From the human T2T-CHM13v2.0 reference genome, Homo sapiens, in assembly GCF_009914755.1 (NCBI RefSeq), contig NC_060925.1: a stretch of DNA of 64,000 nt; one strand, written 5' to 3'. Both the position numbers and the translations under genes were made by a program. Below, one piece after another: positions 52,196 to 64,000 of this stretch. Every line of letters starts with the position of its first letter. The first letter of the stretch is position 1. A model generated the notes under the pieces. The model was not told the origin of the DNA, did not search any database, and saw nothing but the letters and a program-made list of their open reading frames with translations.

Positions 52196-54151
52196 GCTCC
52201 GTAGTTTATAGCATAGCATCTGGTATCAGATGACCTGAGTTTGAATACTACCATTCTCTTTCTTAGATGTGTAAGTATGTAGCAGCTACTTGGCCTCTCT
52301 GTTCCTTAGATTCCTGATACATAAAATGAGAAAACTAATAGTATCTACCTCATCAAAGGGTTATTGTGGGGACTGAAAATAAGGTAATATATGTAAAGCA
52401 TGTAACTTGGTATCTGGCAAGTACTGAGTGAAAAATAAATGTTTATTTTGATTAATTGCATCACGCTTCTATTGTTATGATTAAATAGCAGACATTCCTT
52501 AGTTTCCATGTCTTCTCCTTCTTGAAAGTGTTTGGTTATCCCCACTTAAGCATTCCCACTTAAAATTCTAAACCAATCACTAAATAGCAAAGTAAGGTTG
52601 CAGAGCTGGAGAAAAAAGGTTATGAGTGGTATATACTTGGCATTATACACTACTACTATTGTTGGTATTCACTACAGGGTACAAATAAATTATTTTCAAT
52701 TTGCTGTTATATTTAACACTCATCAAGTCTTTTGACTTTTGAATCTAGCATCATTATATATGCTTTCTCAATCAGGTTATAAAATTCGTGTCTGGTAATG
52801 ATTTACAGCATCATTGGCAACACTGAAATATAGAAAGCATTCATTGTCTTACCCTCCTTCCTCCTGCCTTTGAAGCTCTGATTGAGCCTTTTCTGCTCTC
52901 AGCTATTTGGGACCAAGACATATAGTTGATATTGCTTTCTTTTCTTTCCTTCTATTTAAATCCTTAGAGGAAAGTGCACAAAGCAAAAAAGTACAATTAT
53001 TTATCACACATTCTTATGTAACTATCATGTACAGCAAAATGTAAAACATTGCCAACTTTCAAGATGGCTCTTCTTGTAATCCCTTCCAGTCACCTGCAGA
53101 ATGAGCAACTGTCCTGATGCTCAGGCTAATTACCTTTTAGCTTATTTATTTATTTATTTATTTATTATTTATTTATTTATTTTGAGACAGAGTCTCACTC
53201 TGTCACCCAGGCTGGAGTGCAGCTGTCCTGATGCTCAGGCTAATTACCTTCTATCTTATTTATTTATTTATTTTTTATTTAGAGACAGAGTCTCACTCTG
53301 TCACCCAGGCTGGAGTATAGTGGTGCGATCTCAGCTCACTGCAGCCTCCACCTCCTGGGTTCAAGCAATTCTTGCGCCTCAGACTCCTAAGTAGCTGGGG
53401 TTACAGGTGCCTGCCACCACACCTGGCTAATTTTTGTATTTTTTGTAGAGGCATGGTTTCGCCATGTTGGCCAGGCTGATCTCGAACTCCTGACCTCAGG
53501 TGATCCACCCACCTTGGTCTCCCAAAGTGCTGGGATTACAGGCATCAGCCACTGCACCCGGTCACCTTCTAGCTTTTAAAAATAATTTTATCACTAAGTG
53601 TGTTTAGTTTTGTCTGTTTTTGAATTTTGCATGAGTGAATTTAATAATAGTTTTTCATTATGAATGAATTCTGCATGTAATTCTTCACTCAGCATATTGT
53701 TAGATTGATCCATGTTACTGCATGTAGCTGCAATTCATTTATTTTCATTGTTGTGTAGTATTTCATTGTATGAATATACTACGGTTTGTTTATTCTATAT
53801 TTGGACATTTGGTTTCTTTTCCAGTTTGGGGCTATTATAAACAGTATTATTATGAACACTCTTATGCATATAAGCATGCATTTCTGTAAAACACACCCAC
53901 GGGTAGAATTGCTAGGTCATAGAGAAAGCCATCTTGAACTTTCATAGGTAATGCCAAACTTTTCAAAGTGGTTCTGCCAGTTGTTTCCACCAGTGGTGTG
54001 TGAGAGTTTCCACTGACCGTACATCCTCGACCAAAATAATAATAATAATAATAATAACCATTTTCCACCAATTTTAGTGATTCTGGTAGGTGTGTAATGA
54101 TATTTCCCTGTGGTTTTAGGATTTTTTTTTTTTTGGCTGAGAAAAATTTAG

Positions 54152-54358
<207 letters not shown>

Positions 54359-54723
54359 TAAATTTTTTGTAGAGCTGGAGTCTCTCTCTATTGCCCAGGC
54401 TGATCTTGAACTCCTGGGGCTCAAGTGATCCTCCCGCCTCAGCCTCCCAAAGTGTTGAGATTACAGACGTGAGCCATTGCACCCAGCTGCCTTTGGTTTT
54501 CAGTTTTCCATGCTGTCACTGTCTTTCAGTACCACAGTCGAGTTGATAAAACTTTTTATTAGTTTTGTTTTGTTTTGAGACGGACCCTTGCTCTGTCACC
54601 CAGGCTGGAATACAGTGGTGCAATCTTGGCTCACTGCAGCCTCTGCCTCCCAGACTCAAGTGATCCTCCCACTTAGCCTCCCAAGTAGCTGAGACTACAG
54701 GTGTGTGCCACTGCACCAGCTAA

Positions 54724-54888
<165 letters not shown>

Positions 54889-55467
54889 TAATTGGATGCA
54901 TGAAAGCAGTTAGGTTGGGATATTGCCCAAGATTCTTTCTTTGTACTTTTTATTGTCGTATCTAAGAAACAGAAGTATTATTTCTCTTTGTAATCATTTA
55001 GCTGCCATTCCAGGAATCATAACAATTACTGAAATAAGAGGTATAGTCTATGGTTTATGGACTTGGATTTAATGAGTAAATCCTTCTAATTCCTCTGGAA
55101 GTGAGCCATTTTTCTTTGTTAGATTTTTTAAAAAATAAAGTACAAGTATGGTAACTGATCTGGATGACATTGAATAGCTGGTTATTGTTGACTAAAGTAA
55201 AACAGACTTTTAACATCAGACATGGGTAATGTCTGAGAGGTAAAGTGACACTAGATAAATGTCTGTATTCTACTCTGAAAATAGCAAAAGCCATATGGAA
55301 ACAAGAGTTAATTGACTTGTAAATTTAATCCCACTCTCGGCCGGGTGCAGTGGCTCTCACACCTGTAATCCCAGTACTTTAGGAGGCGGAGGCGGAGGCG
55401 GGCGGGTCACCTGAGTTTGGGAGTTGGAGACCAGCCTGACCAACATGCAGAAACCCCGTCTCTACTA

Positions 55468-55794
<327 letters not shown>

Positions 55795-56250
55795 TCAGTG
55801 TGTGTGTATTTGTGTTTAAAAAGCCTTAATATGCACTGAAAAGAGAATTATGGGAGTTTTTCTAATTGAGTGTCCCAAAATACCAGTTTGATAGCTATTT
55901 ATAAGTGTGAAACAATTATGTTGTTTTATTCTCTAGTTTAATGGAAAAATGTAAATTTCTAAAATATTTTTATAATGGAATAATTTAACCTCAGATTTTA
56001 TCCCATTAATAGTCATTTAGTAGTAGAAAGATTTTTAAGATGAAAAGTTTTAGGTACTTTAAAAGGATTGATGTAAACGTCATCTGAAAACAATTATAAT
56101 TTAAACTTGGAAGGTAAATACTTAAAATGTAAAGTCTGATCTCACCAAACATAAAGTAGGAAAAAAATATGTTACATGTATGGTTATTTTTGGTGCTTAA
56201 TAGGAATGAACCTTGTACCAATTGTGGCTTATTCTGTCTTCTGCTTGTGG

Positions 56251-56330
56251 TAGAAGCAGAATATATTCTGCTTCTATACTAGGAATTCTATACTAGGAAT
56301 TATATTCCAAGTAGAGCTTGGAATATAATT
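56251..56330. repeat. Perfect 26-bp palindrome, 14-bp tandem duplication and perfect 14-bp inverted repeat
   Basis: tagaagcagaatatattctgcttcta at 56251-56276; ttctatactaggaa twice at 56272-56299; aattatattccaag-tagag-cttggaatataatt at 56298-56330. Confidence 0.9.
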
Positions 56331-57336
56331 GATTGTACAACTTTTGATTTAAACATTTAATTGAAGCCAGATTGATGCTTTGAATAAAAAAAAAAACCCA
56401 TACTTCCTGGGTAGAGTCACAAGTTGTGTTTTTTGGTACTTAGGGTTTTAAACAGAATTTAACAGATTTCTAGTAGAGGTAATAAATTTTAATTTTGGGA
56501 AAATTGTGAAATGAAAATTTGGATGAATCAAAGCCAAGGAGACTTCTGCTTTCTTTCTTTTCTTTTCTTTTCTTTCTTTGTTCCTTTCTCTCACTCTCTC
56601 TCTCTTTCTTCCTTTTCTTTTTTCTTTCTTTTTTTTTTTGACAAGGTCTCACTCTGACATCCAGGCTGGAGTGCAGTGGTGCAGTCATAGCTCACTGCAG
56701 CCTCAAACTCCTGGAGTCAAGCAGTTTTCCTGCCTCAGCCTCCTGAGCATGTGCCACAACACCTGGCTATTTTTTTTTTTTTTTTTTGGACGAGGTCTCA
56801 CTGTGTTTCCCAGGCTGGTCTCAAAACTCCTGGACTCAAGTGATCCTCCTGCCTCAGCCTTCCAAAGCACGGGGATGATTACAGGCATGAGCTACCTCAG
56901 CCAGCTGGTTTCATTTTAAAGAAGATAGTGTCTGACAAATTTGGCAGATTCAGAATCAAAATAAGAAAAATCTATATATGTTTTATTCTTTGCTCTTTCA
57001 TACTTATGATACATTTTGAAGTTTATCACTTGTTTTCTCCATTATAGTCACATATGTAAGAAGGAAAGTATTTGTTTGAAAATTTAATGTTAACAATTAG
57101 ATTCCTGATAACAGTACATGAGGATATTCATACCCACATTCCGAATGACAAGTATTGCTAACAGCCTGTCTTGATAGGGCGAGATTAACCATTCCAAAGA
57201 ATTTGAACTTTTTCAACCTTTTAAAATTTTGGGGGCATTTATATTTGACCCTCAGGTAAGCAGAGTAAACATCAAGGACCTAGGTCTGATTGTTTTTGAC
57301 CATTCAGTTTTTAAAGTAGGTCTCATTAAAGCCTGA

Positions 57337-57663
<327 letters not shown>

Positions 57664-58127
57664 TGAATTGTTTTAATTGATCAGCTTATCACAAGTGACA
57701 GGCTGGATATTTTATGTTAATAATATAGTTGATTTGAATGAACCTACAATGAACCTACAAGTTCTTCTAATTTGGGCAAGACCACTTGCAAATAAATTGC
57801 TCTGTTTCAAACTAGCTGTGATATATGCTGACTTCATCATGTATAGTAGATAATCCAACTCTGGTTATAATGTACTAAAAAGCCCTTTTAATAAAAAATT
57901 AAGCTTAATTCCTTTTTAAATTAAAAATGAATATTTGCTTTGTAACATTGTCTCCCCTACTTGTCAGAGTTTCAGATTCAGTTAAACAATGGATACTTAC
58001 TGTTTTCTTTTTGACACTAGTAGTCTAAATAAAGACTGGGGGAAAAATCAAAATCAAACTATGGAATGTGAAATACCACAATGATGTGGAATATCACTTT
58101 CTGAACTTTTCACCTTTTACTTTTAAG

Positions 58128-58228
58128 ATAAAGATACAGATATCACCATGAAGGGTAATGTGGAAGACTTTGGCCTGCGAGACACCTTGAGCATCGCATC
58201 CACGGATTCCTTTGCTTCCGCAGCAGAG
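58128..58228 (+). CDS. MIGA1: MIGA1 internal coding exon (DKDTDITMKGNVEDFGLRDTLSIASTDSFASAAE) with FFAT-like motif
   Basis: Acceptor ttttacttttaag|AT and donor GAG|gtagga; 101 nt, phase 1 to 0, in frame after the 28,084-nt intron 30044-58127. Confidence 0.92.
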
Positions 58229-58921
58229 GTAGGACATATGTGTTCCTAATGAGGATTTCTGTTTCTTTTTTGGTGGAAACAACAGTCTTGTCATTATACT
58301 GTAATTCAGTTTGGTCACTATTTATTTAGCACGTACCATGTGGTAGGTGCCAGGATACAAAAATGAATAAATCTAACATGAAAATAAGCTCCTACAGGAG
58401 CTTACACTCTCTTTAAGGAGATGGACCTGTAAACACATGGTTTAGATGGGCACTTTCATATACTGTAGATTATGGGTGAGGCATATAAATTAGTATGTTA
58501 ATGGAAAGCAATTTTTCAACTTATATCAAGAGTCTTAAAGATGTTCAATTTCTTTAGTTCAGAAATCATACTTCTAGATTTTTGTTCTAAGAAGGTGATC
58601 AGATTCAAAGATTATATATATATAAATATTCACTGTTGGCCAGGTGCAGTGGCTTACAACTGTATTCCCAGTACTTTAGGAGGCTGAGGTGGAAGGATTG
58701 CTTGAGCTCTGGAGTTTGAGACCAGCTTGAGCAACATAGTGAGACCTTGTCCCTACAAAAAATTTAAAAAATTAACCAGATGTGGTAGTGAGTAGCCTAT
58801 AGTTCTGGTTATTCAGGAGGCTGAGGTGGGAGGATCCCTTAAGCCCAAGAGGTCAAGACTGCAGTGGGCCATGATCGTGGCACTGCATTCCAGCCTGGGT
58901 GACAGAACAAGACCCTGTCTT

Positions 58922-58966
<45 letters not shown>

Positions 58967-59020
58967 TAGATAGATAGATAGATATAGATATATATGTATA
59001 TACACACACACATACACACA
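58922..59020 (+). repeat. Compound microsatellite A(n)-(TA)n-(GATA)n-(CA)n grown from an Alu tail
   Basis: Directly visible. Confidence 0.9.
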
Positions 59021-59691
59021 TTCACTGTGGCATTTTAGTAACAATGAAAAACTGAAAACAACCTAATGCCAAATTATGACACATCTGTAATTAGAAATGT
59101 TATAAAGCTATAAACGTTTCCAATAATTTTAATGACATGGGAACATGTTAAGTGAAAAGATTAGTATGTAAAGTTTTATATAGATTGTATGATTATAATT
59201 TTGTAAAAAGGAAACAAACGTGCGTGATATATAAGTATATAGGCAGAGGAAAAAAGGCTAACCATAAATAAACAGTAGTGATTACTGAATTATAAATCTG
59301 TGGATAATTTATTTTTCACTGAGATTTAAATTTTTTACCAAAAGAGACTGCTTGCAAAGAGGTCATCTTTTTGTTTTAATTTTTGTACTTAAAACAGCTT
59401 TAAAAATTACGTGTGGCCAATTTTATCTCAGAATATTTGCATTTTTTACAGTAGATTTTGGATATAATAATTTTAGGTGCTCTTTTTTCATAGAAATAGT
59501 ATTATGCATCTGGCCAGGCACAGTGGCTTATTCCTGTTATCCCAGAACTTTGGGAGGCCAAGGCGGGCCTCCTGAGGCCCTGAGGTCAGGAGGTTGAGAC
59601 CAGCCTGGTCAATATGGTGAAACACCATCCCTACAAAAAATTAAAAAATTAGCCGGGCATGGTGGTGCATGCCTGTAATCACAGCTACTCA

Positions 59692-59829
<138 letters not shown>

Positions 59830-60763
59830 CTATAACTGATGTGTGAATTTTATCTCTAGTTTGGAAGCTTTAGATATTCCAATACCTGTACCTTAAACTT
59901 TGGATCTGCCTTTTTAAAAGTAGTACTGATTCATAATATCTTTTATCTTCTCAAGGTTTTTCTATATGTGTATATTTCAGCCATCACTTACAGTATCATC
60001 TCCTAATTGTTTACATTAAAAAAATTTTTCCACTTATAAGTTTGCAGTAGACAGAATATATTTTCTTGTTCTATGGGAAAGCTGTTTCCTCTTCCTTTTA
60101 CTGTTCATTATATACATATTTGTCTTTCTATTCTGTAGATACTATGTCCTAGGTCGTTTGTAAGGAGAAAAATTGCTATTCACTTTGCACTTTTTTCCAT
60201 TGTGAGGAACAATATACCTAATTGCTCTAAAGTTTTTTTTCTAATATGCAACTTTAAAAAATATTTTGCTAAGTGTTCATTGTACTCACTTTAAATTTAT
60301 TGTTTAATAAAGTTTAATAAAAATTATTAAATACTTGTGGAAAACAAAATGCATGAATATACATGAAAAGGACTTACTATTCAAGAAATACCCTAAGAAT
60401 GCTTCCATGGTATAAATGTATGGTCTCAGAATGTGAATGTTCCAAGATAAATTATTTTATAAGAAATGTTTGTTAAATTATTTTTAACTATATGCCAAGC
60501 ACTTAAGGTTAAATTAGGGAAAATTGTTTTAATGAAGAAAATTACTAAGTTAATAGAATCAGAATGCTTTGGGAAGTTAAACAAGTTTTTGATCGTTCGA
60601 AAACCTTTTCAGGATTACCAGAAAGATTTCTTGCCTAGTTAGATTAAAACAATTTCTGGTATCGGTTTTTCTATAAGCTAGATCAATCATTTGTGAAAGT
60701 GATTAACAAGATTTTCCTGTATAAGCTTTGCCAAACATTGGTTTGGAACCACGGATGAAAAGC

Positions 60764-61095
60764 TTTTTTTTTTTTTTTTTAAATATAGCTTTCTTGACAG
60801 TAATTCACATGCCATAAAATTCACCCTTTTAAAATATAGAGTTCAGTGGTTTATAGTATGTTTATATAGTTGTGCAGCCAGCACTACTTTCTAATTTCAG
60901 AACATTTTTATCACCCTAAACACAAACCCCTGCCCAATAGCAGTCACTCTCCAACTCCCTTTACCCCCCAGCCCTTGGCACCCAATACCTTCTGACTCTA
61001 TGAATTTGCCTTATTCTGGACATTTCTTATAAGTGGAATCATACCATGCGATATGTTGTATTTGGCTTTCTTTCACTTAGCATAATGTTTTCTTT
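60764..61095 (-). mobile_element. L1MB/MC 3' end; a similar fragment lies at ~53580-54120
   Basis: Poly(T) then aattcacatgccataaaattcaccc...tggacatttc...ggaatcatac. Confidence 0.7.
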
Positions 61096-61656
61096 CAAGT
61101 TCTGAAAAGTCTTTTTGATGTTGGGATACCTTCCCATTTTACTCCTAATTCTTCCATCTGTTAAAGATATTGTCATTTAATAGGTAGAAACTAATATTGC
61201 AGAGAGCAGTTTTTAGCTGTAGATTCCATTTTTTATAGAATTACCACTCTGCAATTGTGTATATGTATTTAATAGAGAAATCATAGGCTTCTCTTTAAAA
61301 AGAAAATTTTATTTAAAAAAATTTTTTTAAATAGAGGTGGGGTCTTGTCAGGTTGCCCAGGCTGGTCTCAAACTCCTGAGCTCAAGCAATCCTCCCTCGT
61401 TGGCCTCCCAAAGTGCTGGGATTATAGGTGTGAGCCACTGTGTCCAGCTGAAAATTTTATTTTTTATAATTCAGATACCTCGGCCGGGCCTGCTGGCTCA
61501 CACCTGTAATCCCAGCACTTTGGGAGGCCAAGGCAGGCAGATCACAAGGTCAGGAGATCGAGACCATCCTGGCTAACATGGTGAAACCCCTCCTCTACTA
61601 AAAATACAAAAAATTAGCCAGGCATGGTGGCGGGCGCCTGTAGTCCCTGCTACTCA

Positions 61657-61830
<174 letters not shown>

Positions 61831-61894
61831 CTATATCCACCTCTCTGATTTGACGACACTTATTTATAGCAATCCAGAAACTACACCAACAGTA

Positions 61895-63932
61895 GGGCCA
61901 CGTTCAGTAGATATGGGAGCAAGATGGTGATTCTGGGCAGGCAGTATGGGTTTATTTTGCCAAAGAAAACACAGCAGTTGCATCCTGTTTTGCAAAAACC
62001 GTCAGTGTTTGGGAATGATTCTGATGATGATGATGAGACCTCCATGAGTGAAAGCCTTCAGAGGGAAGCTGCTAAGAAGCAGGCCATGAAACAGACCAAA
62101 CTGGAATCCAGAAGGCCCTTGCAGAAAATGCTACTGTGTATGAATATGACAGTATTTATGATGAAATGCAGGAAAAAAAGGAGGAAAACAATACTAAATT
62201 GCTTTTGGGGAAAGACTGAAAGCCCAAGTATATTCACAACTTGCTAAAAGCAGTTGAGATCAGAAAAAAGGAACAGGAAAAAAGAATGGAAAAGAAAATA
62301 CAGAGAGAACGAGAAATGGAAAAGGAAATACAGAGAGAAAGAGAAATGGAAAAGGGAGAGTTTGATGATAAAGAGGCATTTGTGACATCTGCATATAAGA
62401 AAAAACTGCAAGAGAGAGCTGAAGAAGAAAGAAAAAAGAGGGCTGCTGCGCTGGAAGCGTGTTTGGATGTAACCAAGCAGAAAGATCTCAGTGGATTTTA
62501 TAGACACTTACTAAATCAAGCAGTTGGTGAAGAGGAAGTACCTAAATGCAGCTTTCGTGAAGCCAGATCTGGTATAAAGGAAGAGAAATCAAGGGGCTAC
62601 TCTGATGAAGTAAGTTCAAAAAACAGAATACCACAAGAGAAATGCATTCTTCAAACTGATGTGAAAGTAGAGGAAAACCCAGATGCAGACAGTGACTTTG
62701 ATGCTAAGAGCAGCAAGGATGATGAAATAAAGAAACTAGAGTGAACTGCAGAAGGGAAAAGGTCGTAGAGACCCCTGAGAATCACCCCCAAGCACCACAG
62801 GAATCAAAACCACTCTCAGTCACCTAGTGAAGAAAGAGGGCACAGTGCCAGACACCACACGAAAGGATCACGAACATCGAGAGGACACGAGAAAAGGGAA
62901 GATCAGCACCAACAGAAGCAATCCAGAGACGAGGAGAACCATTACACTGACCGTGATTACCAGAAAGAAAGGGATTCTCATAGGCACAGGAGACCAGTCA
63001 TAGAGATTCCCATTGGAAGAGGCATGAACAGGAAGATAAACTAAGGGCGAGGGACCAAAGAGAAAGAAGTGACAGAGTGTGGAAAAGGGAGAAAGATGGG
63101 GAGAAATATTCCCAAAGAGAACAAGAAAGAGAGACAACAAAATGATCAGAACCGACACAGTGAGAAAGGAGAGAAGGAAGAGAAAAGCAAAGCAAAGGAA
63201 GAGCGTATGAGAGTAAGGAAAGAAAGATATGAAAATAATGATAAATACAGAGATAGAGAAAAACAAGAAGTAAGTGTTTGATCTTCAGAAAGAAATCTTC
63301 AGAAAGGAAAGCAGCCCAAGTTCTAGGGCAAAGAATAAATTTCTTGACCAAGAAAGATCCAACAAAATGAGAAACATGACAAAAGACAAAGAAAGAAACC
63401 AGGAGAAACCCTCTAATTCTGAATCATCACTGGGAGCAAAACACAGACTCACAGAAAGGCAAGAGAAGGGTAAAGAACAAGAGAGACCACCTGAGGCAGT
63501 GAGCAAGTTTGCAAAGAGGAACAACGAAGAAACTGTAATGTCAGCTAGAGACAGGTACTTGGCCAGGCAGATGGTGCAGGTTAATGCAAAGAGCTATATT
63601 GACAAACAGGATGATTGATGGCTACCCCAAGAGAAAGATTTAAGGAAGCACAGAAAACTGTAATTCCTGGAACCTGCTGCATAAAACCATAAAGGAGTGT
63701 GTTACCAGTAGTTTGGAGGGCATTTTAAAATTTATTTTCAAAATTTTAGGTTAAAATCAAAAGTCAGTCTTACATCTTGGATGTTTGGATGTGGATGTTT
63801 GGCTGAATTTATATAGAGTATGTACTTATCAATACCACATTCTTTGTTGTATTCCAGAATCATATTGTGCTAATTCCCTGTAGGTACATAATGAGGAAAA
63901 TTGGCTCCACTACAACCATTAAAAAATAATTT
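61895..63932 (+). pseudogene. NSRP1P1: Processed pseudogene of NSRP1 (nuclear speckle splicing regulatory protein 1/CCDC55), disabled
   Basis: Intronless NSRP1-like fragments split over ORFs 61924..62247, 62241..62744, 63069..63281 and 63274..63618. Frameshift near 62105, in-frame TGA at 62217-62219 and 63279-63281, further frameshifts at 62730-63000. The 3' end and TSD are not resolved within the window. Confidence 0.9.
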
Positions 63933-64000
63933 TGGCCAGATGTGGTAGCTCGTGCCTGTAATACCAACATTTTGGGAGGCCGAGGCAGAAGGATCACTTG

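Noticed and set aside
62234-63524. Phe/Ser/Leu-rich minus-strand ORFs resembling membrane proteins
   Set aside because: Antisense shadows of the purine-rich NSRP1 pseudogene.

Overview
Human (primate) genomic DNA, about 64 kb from inside the MIGA1 (FAM73A, mitoguardin 1) gene on the + strand. Six internal coding exons splice into one continuous frame: 16146-16323, 18085-18221, 21790-21916, 28546-28679, 29920-30043 and 58128-58228. They encode the N-terminal transmembrane anchor with its polybasic tail through to the FFAT-like motif. The start and stop codons lie outside the window. The introns are very rich in Alu, L1, LTR, MIR and DNA-transposon sequence, which explains most ORFs in the six-frame track. 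Two processed retrocopies sit in the introns. One is a young antisense AIDA retrocopy with poly(A), a 14-bp TSD, retained CpGs and a fully intact 306-aa ORF. The other is an older, disabled, sense NSRP1 pseudogene. Smaller oddities include an ~85-bp L1HS-type insertion, a 42-bp mRNA-tail-like retroinsertion, a 135-bp local duplication flanking an exon, a palindrome/hairpin/tandem-duplication cluster at 56.2-56.3 kb, and candidate CTCF and muscle-type enhancer motifs in the 28-kb intron. I see no clear evidence of a wholly new biological system; the intact AIDA retrocopy is the best lead. Repeat boundaries and subfamilies are by-eye estimates, and comparisons to parent proteins are from memory.
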